A stretch of DNA of 62,765 nucleotides, counting the filler, from Sphacelaria rigidula (Eukaryota): NCBI GenBank assembly GCA_964200075.2. It is 11 parts of 11 records of this genome, joined end to end, with 100 filler letters (N's around TTAATTAATTAA, not from the genome) between each part and the next. Parts side by side here need not be neighbours in the genome. Positions count along the whole stretch, not along the records: positions 34,292 to 39,906 come from CAXNAA020025839.1; positions 40,007 to 45,621 come from CAXNAA020025840.1; positions 45,722 to 51,336 come from CAXNAA020025841.1; 8 more parts are not named here. One strand, 5' to 3'. Made by a program: the position numbers and the translations under genes. Within the stretch, counting starts at the first letter, position 1. Each line of letters opens with the position of its first letter. The notes under the pieces were generated by a model. It did not search any database, had not been told where the DNA came from, and saw only the letters and a list, made by a program, of their open reading frames with translations. Shown piece after piece: positions 38,428-50,826 of this stretch.

Positions 38428-38795
38428 CTGTCCAAAAGCAGCAATATATCGGGTTTTAGTCGGTAGAACATAGTGCACCATCAGTCGAGCATGGAGAGCT
38501 TTACACGACTTAGAGCTCTCGAGGTTTTCACAAAGGGATGGCTACATGGAGCATGACCTACACTTTGCGTGCATCATTAACCCAAAAACATGTCTGGAAC
38601 ACAAAGCAATGCTACGTTGCCGTACGCACCGAACCGTAAATGTGTGTAGAGTGGAGGTCTCCTCCCGGAGTGAGCGTTCTACGATATAGTTTTTCCCTAA
38701 GCGCGCAACGTGGCACCAAGGCCAACGCGCAAAAACGTTTACCAGTGCAGTCGCCAACGTTGAGCAGCGTACTTGGGTATACATCTGCGGCTTAC

Positions 38796-39043
38796 CGGTG
38801 CCCAACCCCTCCCGGATAGTCGAGGTAGCCTTCCCCGTTGGTTCCCATGAGAGTGCCACCGCCGGACGCTTCGATCCCACCGATACGAACGATCATTCCC
38901 GGTGAAACAAAGTTTCTCAAATCTTGCGTCGAAGAAACGATTGCGTACGAGGCGTCCCGTGCGACCATCACACTCACGTTCGCAATCGGGTACGGTGTGA
39001 ACGGCCCGGTTGTGACAGACACGTCGCCGATGTTTGACAAGTC
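38796..39043 (-). CDS. Giant extracellular repeat protein, exon 1 of 4 seen
   Basis: CCAG acceptor, GTAAGC donor. DLSNIGDVSVTTGPF...QDLRNFVSPGMIVRIGG... The phase-2 junction CG|G matches exon 2. Confidence 0.82.
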
Positions 39044-40426
39044 CTGGATGGTTCGCGACGTTACAATGCGCAAAAAGAAAAACGTCATGTGCCCACGTTC
39101 GCCCGCGGAGAAAGGGTTGATTGTATTGCAGTAGCAGGAAAAAGCAGAGAGTAGGCGCCCCATATTAGACCCGAGAGGAGAAACGAACAGGGGAACGTCG
39201 CGGCAGACGACGGAAACGGACGTTGGGTGTCTTTTTACATCCGTTAGACAAACTTTGGCGACTGGTTTTTGCGTCGGAGTGTGGTCACTCACCTCTTCTA
39301 GAAAAACTCAACACACCAGACTTCTCTCATCGATGGCGTGAACGGAAGCCCTCAAACCGCGGGGTCACTGACAGGCATTTTCGGATGACGATCCACCGTG
39401 TAGTCTATACCAATTCACCCCAGTGGGTCACAAAACAACCCGTTTTCTGCGAAATGGTCATATATATGTATATATGTATATATATTAGTCACACCCTCCA
39501 CCACTCCATTGCTCGGGAGCCCGTGGTGTCGAGAATTCAGGCTGTTTTCTCACGGTATACGTTTAGCATATTTACATCCCGCATTGGATCAGCGCCCCCA
39601 CATCACGTCGACTTTCATCGAATGAAAAACTGTTTTCCCTAGTCACGCCCTCACCTTTAAAAAAAAACATGAGGCATCCCTCAGGAAAAGGTCCAATTGC
39701 ATGTTGCGGGGATCGAGCGCGCATTGTCCCGACCTACTTGGTTTCAGTTTTACCATTTCAATAACTGGGGCGTAGCGGCACAAATAGTGATTTTGGTTGG
39801 ATTCGACGGACCGTAATCAACTGGACTTGCTGCAAAGAACAATGTTTTCGTGAGATTAAGAGTAGATGATACGATTGAGAGTGAAAAGCGGTCAATCAGT
39901 GAATTANNNNNNNNNNNNNNNNNNNNNNNNNNNNNNNNNNNNNNNNNNNNTTAATTAATTAANNNNNNNNNNNNNNNNNNNNNNNNNNNNNNNNNNNNNN
40001 NNNNNNGTTTGGAAGTTTCTCGCGGAATATTATTGGCCGTGCAAGGGGCTCGAGAGGCGCGGTATGACCATTCTGACCAATCACGGTCGTCAAAATGAGC
40101 ACTTTTGTCACGTTTCCACAAGACTGCTTCAAGATTGGTTTCGTCGTCAAGCATGAAAGCTCATTATGGTCACCTGAGTTCAACCATAGATTACATAAAC
40201 GAAAAAGCATGTGTTGCTGGGTGTCTGTATCTTCAGTGATGCCTGAGCTTCGTACTGCCAGCATACCTCATATGGTATACAACGTAATGGCGCTACACGC
40301 GAGCCCCCACCACAAGTATCCGTCCAGTGCGCACTGCGGTTGACGCCCACGTCTACGGAGATGTAACTGCTATCGCGGACCAGATATTGGAGGTTTGCGT
40401 ACACTTTGCACACCATCCTCGAGAGT

Positions 40427-40609
40427 TCGCTCACGAGGCTGCAGCGACTCTCGGTACGAGGCGGCGCTACACAATGGGCAGACCTCAGGACTGGACGCTA
40501 GTGTGACGGGTGACGCGCTCGTAGAGGCGGCCGCAGCTCATGTTGATCTGTGCTGGGAGGCGTGGAGGCCAAATAGGGTTCGACGTCTGCAAAGAAATAC
40601 CGCGATCAG
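40427..40609 (+). CDS. Possible isolated exon, unknown protein
   Basis: GC-rich open frame (..YEAALHNGQTSGLDASVTGDALVEAAAAHVDLCWEAWRPNRVRRLQRNTAI) ending at CAG|GTGAGG. Acceptor uncertain, no homology recognised. Confidence 0.3.
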
Positions 40610-41234
40610 GTGAGGACAAGCCTCTGGTGTATCTGTGCATAGTGAAGTCGTGTGTGACCTGCTTATCGAGGTGTCGTCGCCATCAAACTAACTCACGCTT
40701 AGAGGTTAGACCCGTTTTGGCACATGGTGCAGTAAGTAATATGTAGCACTCTACAGTTGCGTGAAGGCGGTCTTTTTTGGAGGTGCCGCACATGCTTTGT
40801 ACAAGGGAGCGCTATCGCGACAAACCGACCGCGTGTACAGTAGATGATACTCGCGTCTGGGTATACTGTAGATACAAAGAAATATATACAGTAGGGAATA
40901 GGGTTAATTTTTTTTTCATACGATCTGTAAACATACTGTACTGTCTGTACAGTGTAAATATACTGTACTGTACAGTACAGAGGCCGCGACCGCTCGAAGC
41001 CTCCCAGGTAGAGAGGTGCGTCATGCGGCCTATTTAACAGGTGCTCGCGAGTGTGCGATGTGCGAGGTCGACGACCTGCTGCTATTGAAAATTAGCACTC
41101 AACACACTACACACACGCGCGGTGCCTTTAGTCACGCTCTAGTTACGGGCAGCTATGGGTGCTCCCGTTTTCATGTATGTGATGAGACTACAGACTGCAC
41201 AGGTGCCCTAGGTTATTGGTAAATACCAGTACCC

Positions 41235-41640
41235 GGTACCGGTCTTTGGAACATCGCACACCCTACTGATACGGGTCCAATCGTGTATTTACAAATATCA
41301 TGTCTATGACACCCACGATGCCACGGCATTCGAGGTTTCCATACCTTTCATACCCGCCCAATCGGGGATTTTCGAAAATCGTACCAACGATACCTACGAT
41401 ACCACAGTATTTCTAAATTTCATCACCCACTGTACCCGCTCAATCGGGTATTTTCAAATGCCGTACCTATGATACCCACCATACTACGGTATTGCGATAT
41501 TTCAACACCTACCGTACCCGCTCAATCGGATATTTCGAGAACTAATGCCTACGATACCCATGCGAACCACGGTCATGGGATACCGCGGGAAATACCGAGA
41601 ATATACACCGTGAATACCGGACGCGATGCGATCCCCACGG
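41235..41640. repeat. Degenerate 82-bp tandem repeat (about 4 units); related unit at 42508-42640
   Basis: TACCCGC[C/T]CAATCGG..ATTT starts at 41351, 41433 and 41515 (82-bp period). Confidence 0.8.
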
Positions 41641-43566
41641 TGCAGCAGCTGGTTCCAACTTATGCAAAGGCAAAAAGTTGTGAGAGTAGGTACGTCTTGT
41701 TTTCACAAGTGATAGATACCCTGATTCCCCTTGATTTTTGTGTCTGAATTAATTCGAATGAACTTGTTATGATGTAGTCTGATTATCTGGGTAATAAATG
41801 GATATGGATATTTCATCATCGTTACGGCGCTGTACATTGTTTCATCATTTATGTCGAACATGAGCATTATACAAGAAAATATTTCACGTGCAAACAAGCA
41901 GAGAGAAAAAAACGAGAAGGAGTAGAAGCAACAAAAAAACGCGAGGGGTCGCAGCCATACAAAATAGACAACAAGGTGCCAAAATACCAAATGAATAACG
42001 GCACATACATATATACATAGATATCTATACTCTTATTACTGCGCCATTGCCGGGTGCTTTACATGAAAAAGTACAACCACATGGAGAGGCAAACCCTGGT
42101 CCTGCGTACTACTGCAATTCCTCAGTGCCGCAATTTACAGCGCTCTCCTCTCGAAATGAAAATTTGCCCATTGAATTTTAAATTTGCCCTTACCATTGCT
42201 CTACCCTCAGAGTGCTCTCGTCTCTGCACCCACGTCAATAACCACAAAAATCATCACGCAGTACTCATGATCGATCCATGGATTGGGTGTCTCGCCCTGT
42301 CAGCTGATCGCAACAATCCAGCTGGTGGTCATGATGGGATTTTGTGTGCTTTGAGGTCTGCAGGTCAGCGTTGTGTGCGTGTAGGGGTGGGGGTGGCGCT
42401 GCCCACCTCGGGCACATCAATAATTCGACTTCCGAACTTGCACAGGGATCTCAAACGCTTCTCCGCACTGCGGATGGCAGTCTTGAAATCGGCATAGAGG
42501 GTGAGCCAGGTACCCCGTAGTGGTATTTCGGACATCTTATACCCTACCGATACCGACCCAATCGGGTATTTTCAAGTGTCATACCTACGATACCCACTAT
42601 ATCCCGGTAGTTCAATATATCAGTACCTACCGTACCTGTTCCTTTCGCACCTGTTCTTTCCGCGGGCAGTGAACACCGCCAAGCGACCTGTGTTCACATT
42701 TTCTGTTGCCACGGAATAGGCGTTCGTCTCAACTGGGGGACGAGTCTTATGTATGGAGAGGTACAGAGGGGTCAATCGGGTTTGGTTTAGCGATTCCTGC
42801 CCGTCGCGGGTTGGCGCCAAAGCAAGCAAAGGGCGGTGGTGTGTACCAGCAGTGAAACATCATATTTCGACGTCAGCACCCTCCCATGGATGACAAATAT
42901 TCATATATCTTCATGTCGCTCGAAAAGATGCGGTGGAAAAACAATTACCATCGCATGTGTCCACCACATTCTGCTCCTAGTTGGCATCAACGATTGTTTT
43001 ATCATTACGGCGTGCCTTCGCATATCATTTTTTAATGGAAAATGTACGGTGGAAAAGGAAGACTCCGATTTGATAGGCCGTAATTTCAGCTATTTTATAC
43101 TCAATGATCGTTTCCGCACATTAGTCCGATCCCTCGCACCCGTGGTCACAGACGTAGGCTCGTCCTTCCAACATCGTCCCTGCTATTCAGCTGTCGTAAT
43201 TTCTGTAGAAACCGGTTCATATTACGACTTATTTCATCGGAGTTTCTGATTGCCACCGCACGTTTTCGATCGGAAAATGATATACCAAGACACGGCCTCA
43301 GTGGCGAGCGGAGGAGAAGTGAAAACTAATCAAGCTCACCTTTTTCCAACAGACACACGGGCGAAAAGCACCAAGAGGCGCTCGGCGCTTAACACACAGA
43401 CCACCACACCACATACCATCCCTTCAAATGATCATGCAAACTAGTACACACCATTCATCGTTAGCTACGGTCGCAACCCTGCAGCATAAAGCAGGAGTTG
43501 AGCACAAGGATGGATGCACTGCAGTGGTTGCGTATGCTGTGCATACTTTCTGTCGGCGAAAACTTA

Positions 43567-44305
43567 CACACGTCGGACGAGTCATTTCTCGTCGCAACGA
43601 GTACACTCGATAATGTGTCTCGACACCACCACGAGCACGACTCGTGTGCTCGAGTTATTCATTTGTCTTCACCAAGACCGATGACTTGTATGCTGGAGTC
43701 ATGATTCTTCCCACCACGAACAATGACTCGAGTGCTAGGCCTATGAATTTTCTCTGCCACTAGGAATGACTCGAGTACTTGCCCTATTAACTTTTGACAC
43801 TACGAGCGATGACTCGAGTACTCGCTCTGTAGTTTTTCGACACGCCGGGCGAGCACGAGTATGACTCGTGACACTCGCACTCGTTGGGCTGCTCGTTGGC
43901 GGTAAAAAATAAAAGGGCGAAATACTCGAGTCATTGCTCGTTGTGGAAAAAAAAATAGGGCGAGCACTCAAGTCATTGCTCATGAAAAACGACTTGAGTG
44001 GAGTAGTCAGCAATCCGACGATGAGTACTCGAGTCATTGCTCGTGGAAGGAAAAAATCATGACTCGAGCACACGAGGCATGTTCGTTGTGTTGAAAAAAA
44101 ACATCCATGAGTGCACTCGTTTCGCCGAGTAATGAATACTTTGACGTGTGATTTTTCCCACCACGCGCAATGACTCGAGTACTCGCCCTGTTCATTTGTT
44201 GCACCACGAGCAATGACTCGATCACTCACCCTATTACTTTTTTTTCACCACGAGCAGCCCAACGAGTGCGAGACACGATTCATACTCGTGCTCGTCCGAC
44301 GTGTG
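43567..44305. mobile_element. hAT-like non-autonomous element (739 bp)
   Basis: Perfect 15-bp TIR CACACGTCGGACGAG / CTCGTCCGACGTGTG. 8-bp flanking repeat AAAACTTA (43559-43566) / AAAACTTG (44306-44313). Many internal ATGACTCGAGT motifs in both orientations. Confidence 0.85.
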
Positions 44306-44899
44306 AAAACTTGACCATCTTTTTCCATCGTCGGGATCAGGGTTAGGACAGCGTGGTAAGGTGGCCAACCTCCTCGCGGACGCGGTAACGGGCACAATGC
44401 ATGTACAAAGCTGCGCGGTGTCCGAGTACTTTTCACGTCTCACTGGGGGCAGAGGGAACGGATGGTGCTACCGTGAAAGTTGTGCATGTTGCCCGATCCT
44501 CTTTCACATCCTGCTGCACGAAACACGCAGACACGAACTTCACATACACTGCATTCAAAGAGTGCAGGCAGTACGCACTGTCTGTATTGTTCACCAACGA
44601 CCATCTACCGCTTCACGAATTCGACCGTCCTTTTCCGAAAAAACGCTTGAAAATTCCCGTCGACCCACCCCGAGAGGAAATGAGCCAATTTCGCTAAAAT
44701 TAATTGACATCGCTCCTTTGTTTCGATGGAAGAATGCGGCAGGACACTCGCTCAGCACGTTATGCCGTCGGCGCGCGAACTGTCATAGGCACCTCCGTCA
44801 AAGCGTATTCTCGATGTCGAGACAGCCACAAAGTGCGTCGACCCTATGCTCGAACGCGGTGCGGAAATTACGAAATAGACTGATTTGAACGGTTTGATG

Positions 44900-45621
44900 A
44901 TTGCGGCGTTTTCTTCATGTATTTTCTGTCGAAAGCCCTAGTGAGAGCTCCTAATACCCGTGTACAGTACTGCCATCGCATGCGAAAGTACTCGTATCTT
45001 TGAGTAGAGCTGCGTGAACGGACCATGTATTCGTCAAAACAACTTATATCGGAATGAAGTTGGGAGCTCACATGCACAAAGTAAAGAAGACAAACCTTGG
45101 GGAATGGAATCCACATTTCGTCTATCCCACTGGCGACAAAAGTCCCATGACACCAGCAGGGCGCGGCAGTAGTATTGTGCTACGATACGACTAGTTTTCT
45201 GTCGAACCGCGGGTTCGCATTCAAATGCTATCTCGTCGTCGCCGTTTCTGTCGTATGGCATGAACACTACCGCTTGCCTCCGTACTTTAGCGCCCATCTC
45301 CCACACCAAATTATGTCCATGCCTGCCATTCCGGCGACATAATGTCGTAGCCGGCGCACGTTGTGCGTGCGCCGCTGTCAGGCACACTGCATCCGCGCCA
45401 CACCTTCGGCGATGCACGCGATACTCGCGCTGTTTTCTTTCTTTTTGTCGCCAATTTTTCATTGCGCTCACCGTGTCCGTGCCGCGCCCGTCACCTCTAA
45501 CCCTTGACTCCCTGTGCAGACGGTCTTCAGGCTGAGGAAATCGCTCGGAGCACATGGACGGAGGGCGCAGATACCTCGGCGGGACTGTTTTACCGCGGCA
45601 TACCCCGTCCTGGTGGTCGGG
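44900..45621 (-). repeat. Dispersed ~700-bp repeat, diverged copy of 59560-60300 (+); probable decayed transposon
   Basis: Colinear similarity along the whole length (e.g. GAACCCGCGGTTCGACAGAAAACTA, CAATACTACTGCCGCGCCCTGC), with frameshifts between copies. Confidence 0.8.
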
Positions 45622-48024
45622 NNNNNNNNNNNNNNNNNNNNNNNNNNNNNNNNNNNNNNNNNNNNTTAATTAATTAANNNNNNNNNNNNNNNNNNNNNNN
45701 NNNNNNNNNNNNNNNNNNNNNCTCCTATAATGTCCCCTAGCTCGACTCTGTACACGAGTCACCCTACCCATCCGGGCCTCGGTCCTCAGCGGTTGGTGAG
45801 CTGTCTTCGACGGGTACTAACTGTACTTTTGCCGCAAGATGCGCCAACCCTGCCAGGCGGTGGGCATCGCGTGAGTTCTGTCTGTACGGCACCGATCAAC
45901 ACGAGCCATCTCGAACAAAAGCACGGCGGCCAACAATAGAGAGCTACAGTAGCAGAGCATTAATGCCGATATAGTCCTTTCCTGTGGTTATGCCATCAGG
46001 GAGCATGAAACAACGCACAGCGACAACGATAGCACTGCCTTATCTCATGCCCCGTGTCCAAAGCCGTGCAGGATCCAGGAGGCGGAAGCTTGCTGAGCGC
46101 AAAAATAGAGACTTCAACGCCAACCCCCGCCACCGCAACCATACCGCAGGCACGACGACGCTCATAGCAAAGGTTGCGTACACCAACCCGTATACAAAAA
46201 GACAAAGTACTCCTTATGGGGCCGTTGGTGTCCTGGATACCATATTTCTGCAACACAGTACAGTCCTCTACCGTGGCTGCGGTGGCTGCGAGGACCATAA
46301 GGTCGGCCCAACACGAGTGTGATGGAGTCCATACTAAAATCAAGTATGAGTTATATAATGTAGAGGGACTGGTGATCATGAAAATCAAATTACTTGAAAT
46401 TAGAATAGGCGTTATATAATTTGACCCGTACCCATGGGCCCGCCGCCAATATATCAGCAACGTCTTGCCTTTTCTATTTCTTTTTCGTTTTTTATCTTTC
46501 ACATTATCTCGATCTCTCGAACCAGTGGTTACAGAGTGCTAGGTGGATACCACCCATACCCATAACTCAAACAGCCTGCAGAAGAAGGCAAAAAACAAAA
46601 CATCTACACGACAAAGGGCGCCTACGCCACGAAATATCTGCACAAGACTCATTGAACCACAGGACACCTACTGGAATCTGACAAGTACCCGCGTATGATC
46701 TCTCCGACTACTTCGCCACGTACTGGTATGCACACAGACTAGTAGCTGCGATTATTCCGGTAATCGAACTGTCGTATAGGACAGAGACCACTGCCAATAG
46801 GGTTTACTATTTCACATGCAAATAGTGCGGACGTAGTGTTATAGATGAGCCGCATTCATTTTTCACCCCGTGGCTTTTCGTTTCTTACGACAGGACATGA
46901 GAGTGGTCATCCGCTAGACCTTTTCCGCCGAATCCATGTGGCCGAGGCCAGCCATTCCCCCCTCGTTTTTTCCATCATCCATTTCCTTCTCTTCGTCTCA
47001 CGTCTACTATGCTCTGCTTCTGTTTTCTTTAGCGAGTCTCCCAGTTTTGTTTCGTCTCGGGTAAGTCCATCATGTGACCACGTCTCGGGTAAGTCCATCC
47101 TTGGGGTCGGTGGGGGGACGTACTCATTTATTTATCGCCTTAGTCGTTCGACCATCGACCACGCATGCCTTTCGAGACGGAGCACTTGGGGGGGGGGGGG
47201 GGATCAGTTAAAGTGCAACAATGAATCAAATAAAAATAAAAGGTTGTGACAGTGCACGGTTTCCGAAAACACCTCAAGTGCGACAAACACAACACTCGTG
47301 CGAATATTCTCTATATTTTCTCGCACACGTTTTGCCGTGACCCGGGGGTCGTTCCAACACTCTCGCTCCTGCTCCTGCTTCTCATCATGTATCCTGCACA
47401 CCCTTAACAATCGTTTATTTCGTCAAAAATGTACTGCGTACAGTATGAAATATATTGTCTGTTGCAATAGGCGCAATAGTTGACACTATACGCAGGATAC
47501 TCTTTGACTGTGTCTTCTTTTGTCCAGGGTATGGTATTTTGTATCTTGTGGGAGGGGCGAAGAGGGGCTACAGAGATCATGAAAGAAAAGAAAAAGCGTC
47601 GAGGCACCTCACAAGTAGTGGGTGTAAAAACTGTTGGCGGGAGTAATGGTGCTCTCAAGGACAGGACAGGTCGTTGCTTGGTGGGAAAAAAATGATGAAC
47701 ATATGTCGAACCTTTTCTCGGCACAAAGGACATATGCGTTCAAAATTGACAATAATGGAAGACGACAGTGATGAATAACCCTGCCCTTTGTCGTAATATA
47801 TTTATCTTGATTGATTCATTGTCGCACTTTCAACTGATCCCCCACGCATCCAACCGTTGTCACATCGCGAAAAACCTCTCGATATCGCACTCTGGCCTCT
47901 CCACCGAAGCACGCCGACTACCCCACCGCCTCCCCCTCCCCTCCCGGAATTGGCACAAAAAAATGTTCCATTGTCCGTCTGCCACGAGTAATGGCTTTAC
48001 GCGTGCAGTAATCCTAGCATGTAC

Positions 48025-48198
48025 CTTGACAAAAGACCAGGAGGAGCTCCTCTCGTTGAGCCTCACGCACAGGTCGGCGTACATGTCGACGAAGTTGGGC
48101 TCGTCCAGGGCCTTGTCGAACACTGCTTGCACAAGAATGCGCAGCATCTTTAGAGAGTCCATAGGCAAGTCCAGCAGCTGGTCTGCCAGCTTGTCGAA
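48025..48198 (-). CDS. EIF4G: Translation initiation factor eIF4G, MIF4G-domain exon
   Basis: CAG acceptor, GTACAT donor; 174 nt. FDKLADQLLDLPMDSLKMLRILVQAVFDKALDEPNFVDMYADLCVRL is the canonical MIF4G 'FEKA..EP.F..MYA.LC' motif. Confidence 0.93.
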
Positions 48199-49067
48199 CT
48201 GATATAATCATCATCAATCGTTATTCCGCATAACCGCGCACACACAAACAAGAGCAGGCACAAATATTCGGATCAGAACAAGGATAAACGGACGGGCTGC
48301 GAGGAATTGCTGAGGCAACGCTCCTATCCTATCGCGCCACCCCCGACTACATGCACGTGTATTAGGGGGGAGAGACAACTTTGCTTCATGGTACATACGG
48401 ACTCTCATCGCGAGGGGACGCGAGGAGGGACAAGTGTATCTCATGTCGCACGAATGCCATCTCATTCCCGTCGCACAACAGATACGCTAAAACCCTTTAC
48501 CTGCGAGGCATACAGTGATTTTTCACTGCAATTACATCGGCACACGACAGCTTTTCAAGTATGCACACCAAACAAAATTTTGTACCACTTTATGGGTTGT
48601 GACTACGTGCTTGCTGTGTTGTGCGCCGGTTTGCTACGACACACAAATGTTTAATTGCACCACTCCCTGGCGTCCACGTTGGCTGTAACTCCCAATGGAC
48701 CAGACACTCCATCAGAAACCAACTTCAAAGCAACGGGTTGTTGGCACAGTCGTGGCGTGTTTTTCAATACCCGTATACATAATATTCGCAACATGAACGA
48801 CTAGCCCATGAGCGGATCTTCGAAATAAAAAAATAAAACATCGAAAGTAATGATTTCCATTTTTCGAATCATCTTACGCACAACTTACTACCCACAGACT
48901 TCACAATTCGTGTTACTCACTCACCACTCACAAGAACCACCCCGCCTCCAGTCCTCATCTCTTTTTCATCTTTCCTCATGTAATTTTCCCGCCCACAACA
49001 GACAGTCCATCCACACATCACTTCAAAAACGGCGCAAAACAAGTGTCCCTTCCCGACATCCACCCAC

Positions 49068-49406
49068 CTTCTCCCGCGTCATCTTGTTCAAAATGCTGTT
49101 GATCGTTTTCTTGAACTTGACCTCCTGCGAGTCATCCTTTGACGGCGCCCAGCCGTTCTCGCTCTTCTTGAGCGGCTCCACCGGCCCCGAGTACAAGGGA
49201 ACGAAGTCTCCCTGGCCACCCCTCCCACCCCCTCCGCCCCTACCACCACCACCACCGCCGCGCCCACCTCCCCCTCCCCTGCCGCCTCCTCCTCCCCTCG
49301 GGTCCTCCTGTTGTGGCGGGGCTGGCACCCCACGAGTCCAGCTCTTACCGCCGCCGCCCTGCTGGTAGCTGCCCCCTTGTTGGTAACCACCCCCCCCGCG
49401 AGTCTC
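49068..49406 (-). CDS. EIF4G: eIF4G exon (RGG-rich region and start of MIF4G)
   Basis: CCTTAG acceptor, GTGGGT donor; 339 nt, phase 0/0. Ends PLKKSENGWAP...KKTINSILNKMTREK and joins FDKL, giving the 'ILNKLT.EKF' motif. Confidence 0.92.
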
Positions 49407-50585
49407 CTAAGGTAAGGGGTGATGAAAAGTACAGAGTAGGGAAGGAAGGCGGAGGTGGAATGGTTCACCTTTTCGCACGAACGTCACGCCGAACTTCATC
49501 AACCCCTCACCTACCCCCACGAAACTGATTTGGATCACGACCCTCCTTCGTTTCAGCACTTTCGTACTGCACCCACCCCTCATCTACTCACGGGAGGAGG
49601 GGGAACTGCCGTATGATACATGCCAGACGAATAGGTACGGGTAGGTACTAGCCTCGGCACGAACCACTCACGGGTTGCCGAATGAGGCTCATGCGTTAAA
49701 TCATTCTATATCGTCTTTCGAGGTCATGCCGAGAAACATCGACTATGCAAATGGGGGCGGTGCATGGAAAACTTCACAAGAAACACACACACACACACAC
49801 ACACACATACGACATTCATCAAGTATTAATACCTAGGAACGCAAGGAGCGCAGACATGAGGCTATAAGAAAAGACACGCTCCACGTGCCAGCTGTTCTAG
49901 GATGATGACAATCCCAGACCCCCCCCGTGGGTGTCGAATAAGGTTCGCATTTCGGAATGTACCAAGCAGCCATGACGACACGCCCCTGGTTAAGGTTACG
50001 TACCAGGGTTGAGAATTCACGGTGAACTAGGAATAAATGTAAAAAACAAATAAATGAAGAGCGCGGGAAGTATGTAAGGCCTCGAATAAGTTACGACACG
50101 CACGCGGGTGGTAGTACATACTGTTCATCATGAGTTAGTGAGAGGGTACAAAAACAGCAGAACTCCACCCCGCCCTCACAACCACAAAATCGGCTGTAAG
50201 CAAGGGTTCTACGATACGGCTATATCTCAAGTATTTTCCTCTGTGCTTCTATTTTGATCTCTCGGGAACAGTCCAAAAGCATCGACATCCCTCAGGGTCA
50301 CCCCGTGGTTGAATGGCAAGCAAATTGCTGCTGCTGCGTAGTCACTCAGACACCATCCACGGGCAAAACAAAAAAAATGCCCGGGCATGGGAAGGAAATA
50401 CTCCATCAAGTACTTCTGGCCATGTTTGTTCGGTATCTGGGTGCGTCATAAACATAGGTTGCAGCCCCACCACCTTCCAAAACCAAAACACTCAAGTACG
50501 ACTCATGTTCAACACCAGACCGTGACACACAACCTTAAGAGCAACCATGACACACATGACACCTTCTCAAGCGCAACACACATAC

Positions 50586-50826
50586 CTGATTACGGCCTCC
50601 GCCGCCGGAGCGTGAATCGTTCCCCCCGCGTCCCCCACTTCCCCCTCGCCCGCGGTCATCGTGGCCGCCGTAGTTGCCACCACTTCCACCGGCCTGCTGA
50701 TAGCTCCCTCCCCGATTTCCACCTCCTCCGAAGCCCCGGTTGCTGCCCCCATACCCACCGCCGCGTCCACCGCCGCCAGCAGTGACCTCCGCGGGCCCAA
50801 TGAGAAACTCGATGAGTCCCTTCGGC
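50586..50826 (-). CDS. EIF4G: eIF4G upstream Gly/Arg-rich exon
   Basis: ATTTCAG acceptor, GTATGT donor. PKGLIEFLIGPAEVTAGGGGRGGGYGG...GGRNQ joins in phase 0 to the next exon. Confidence 0.8.
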
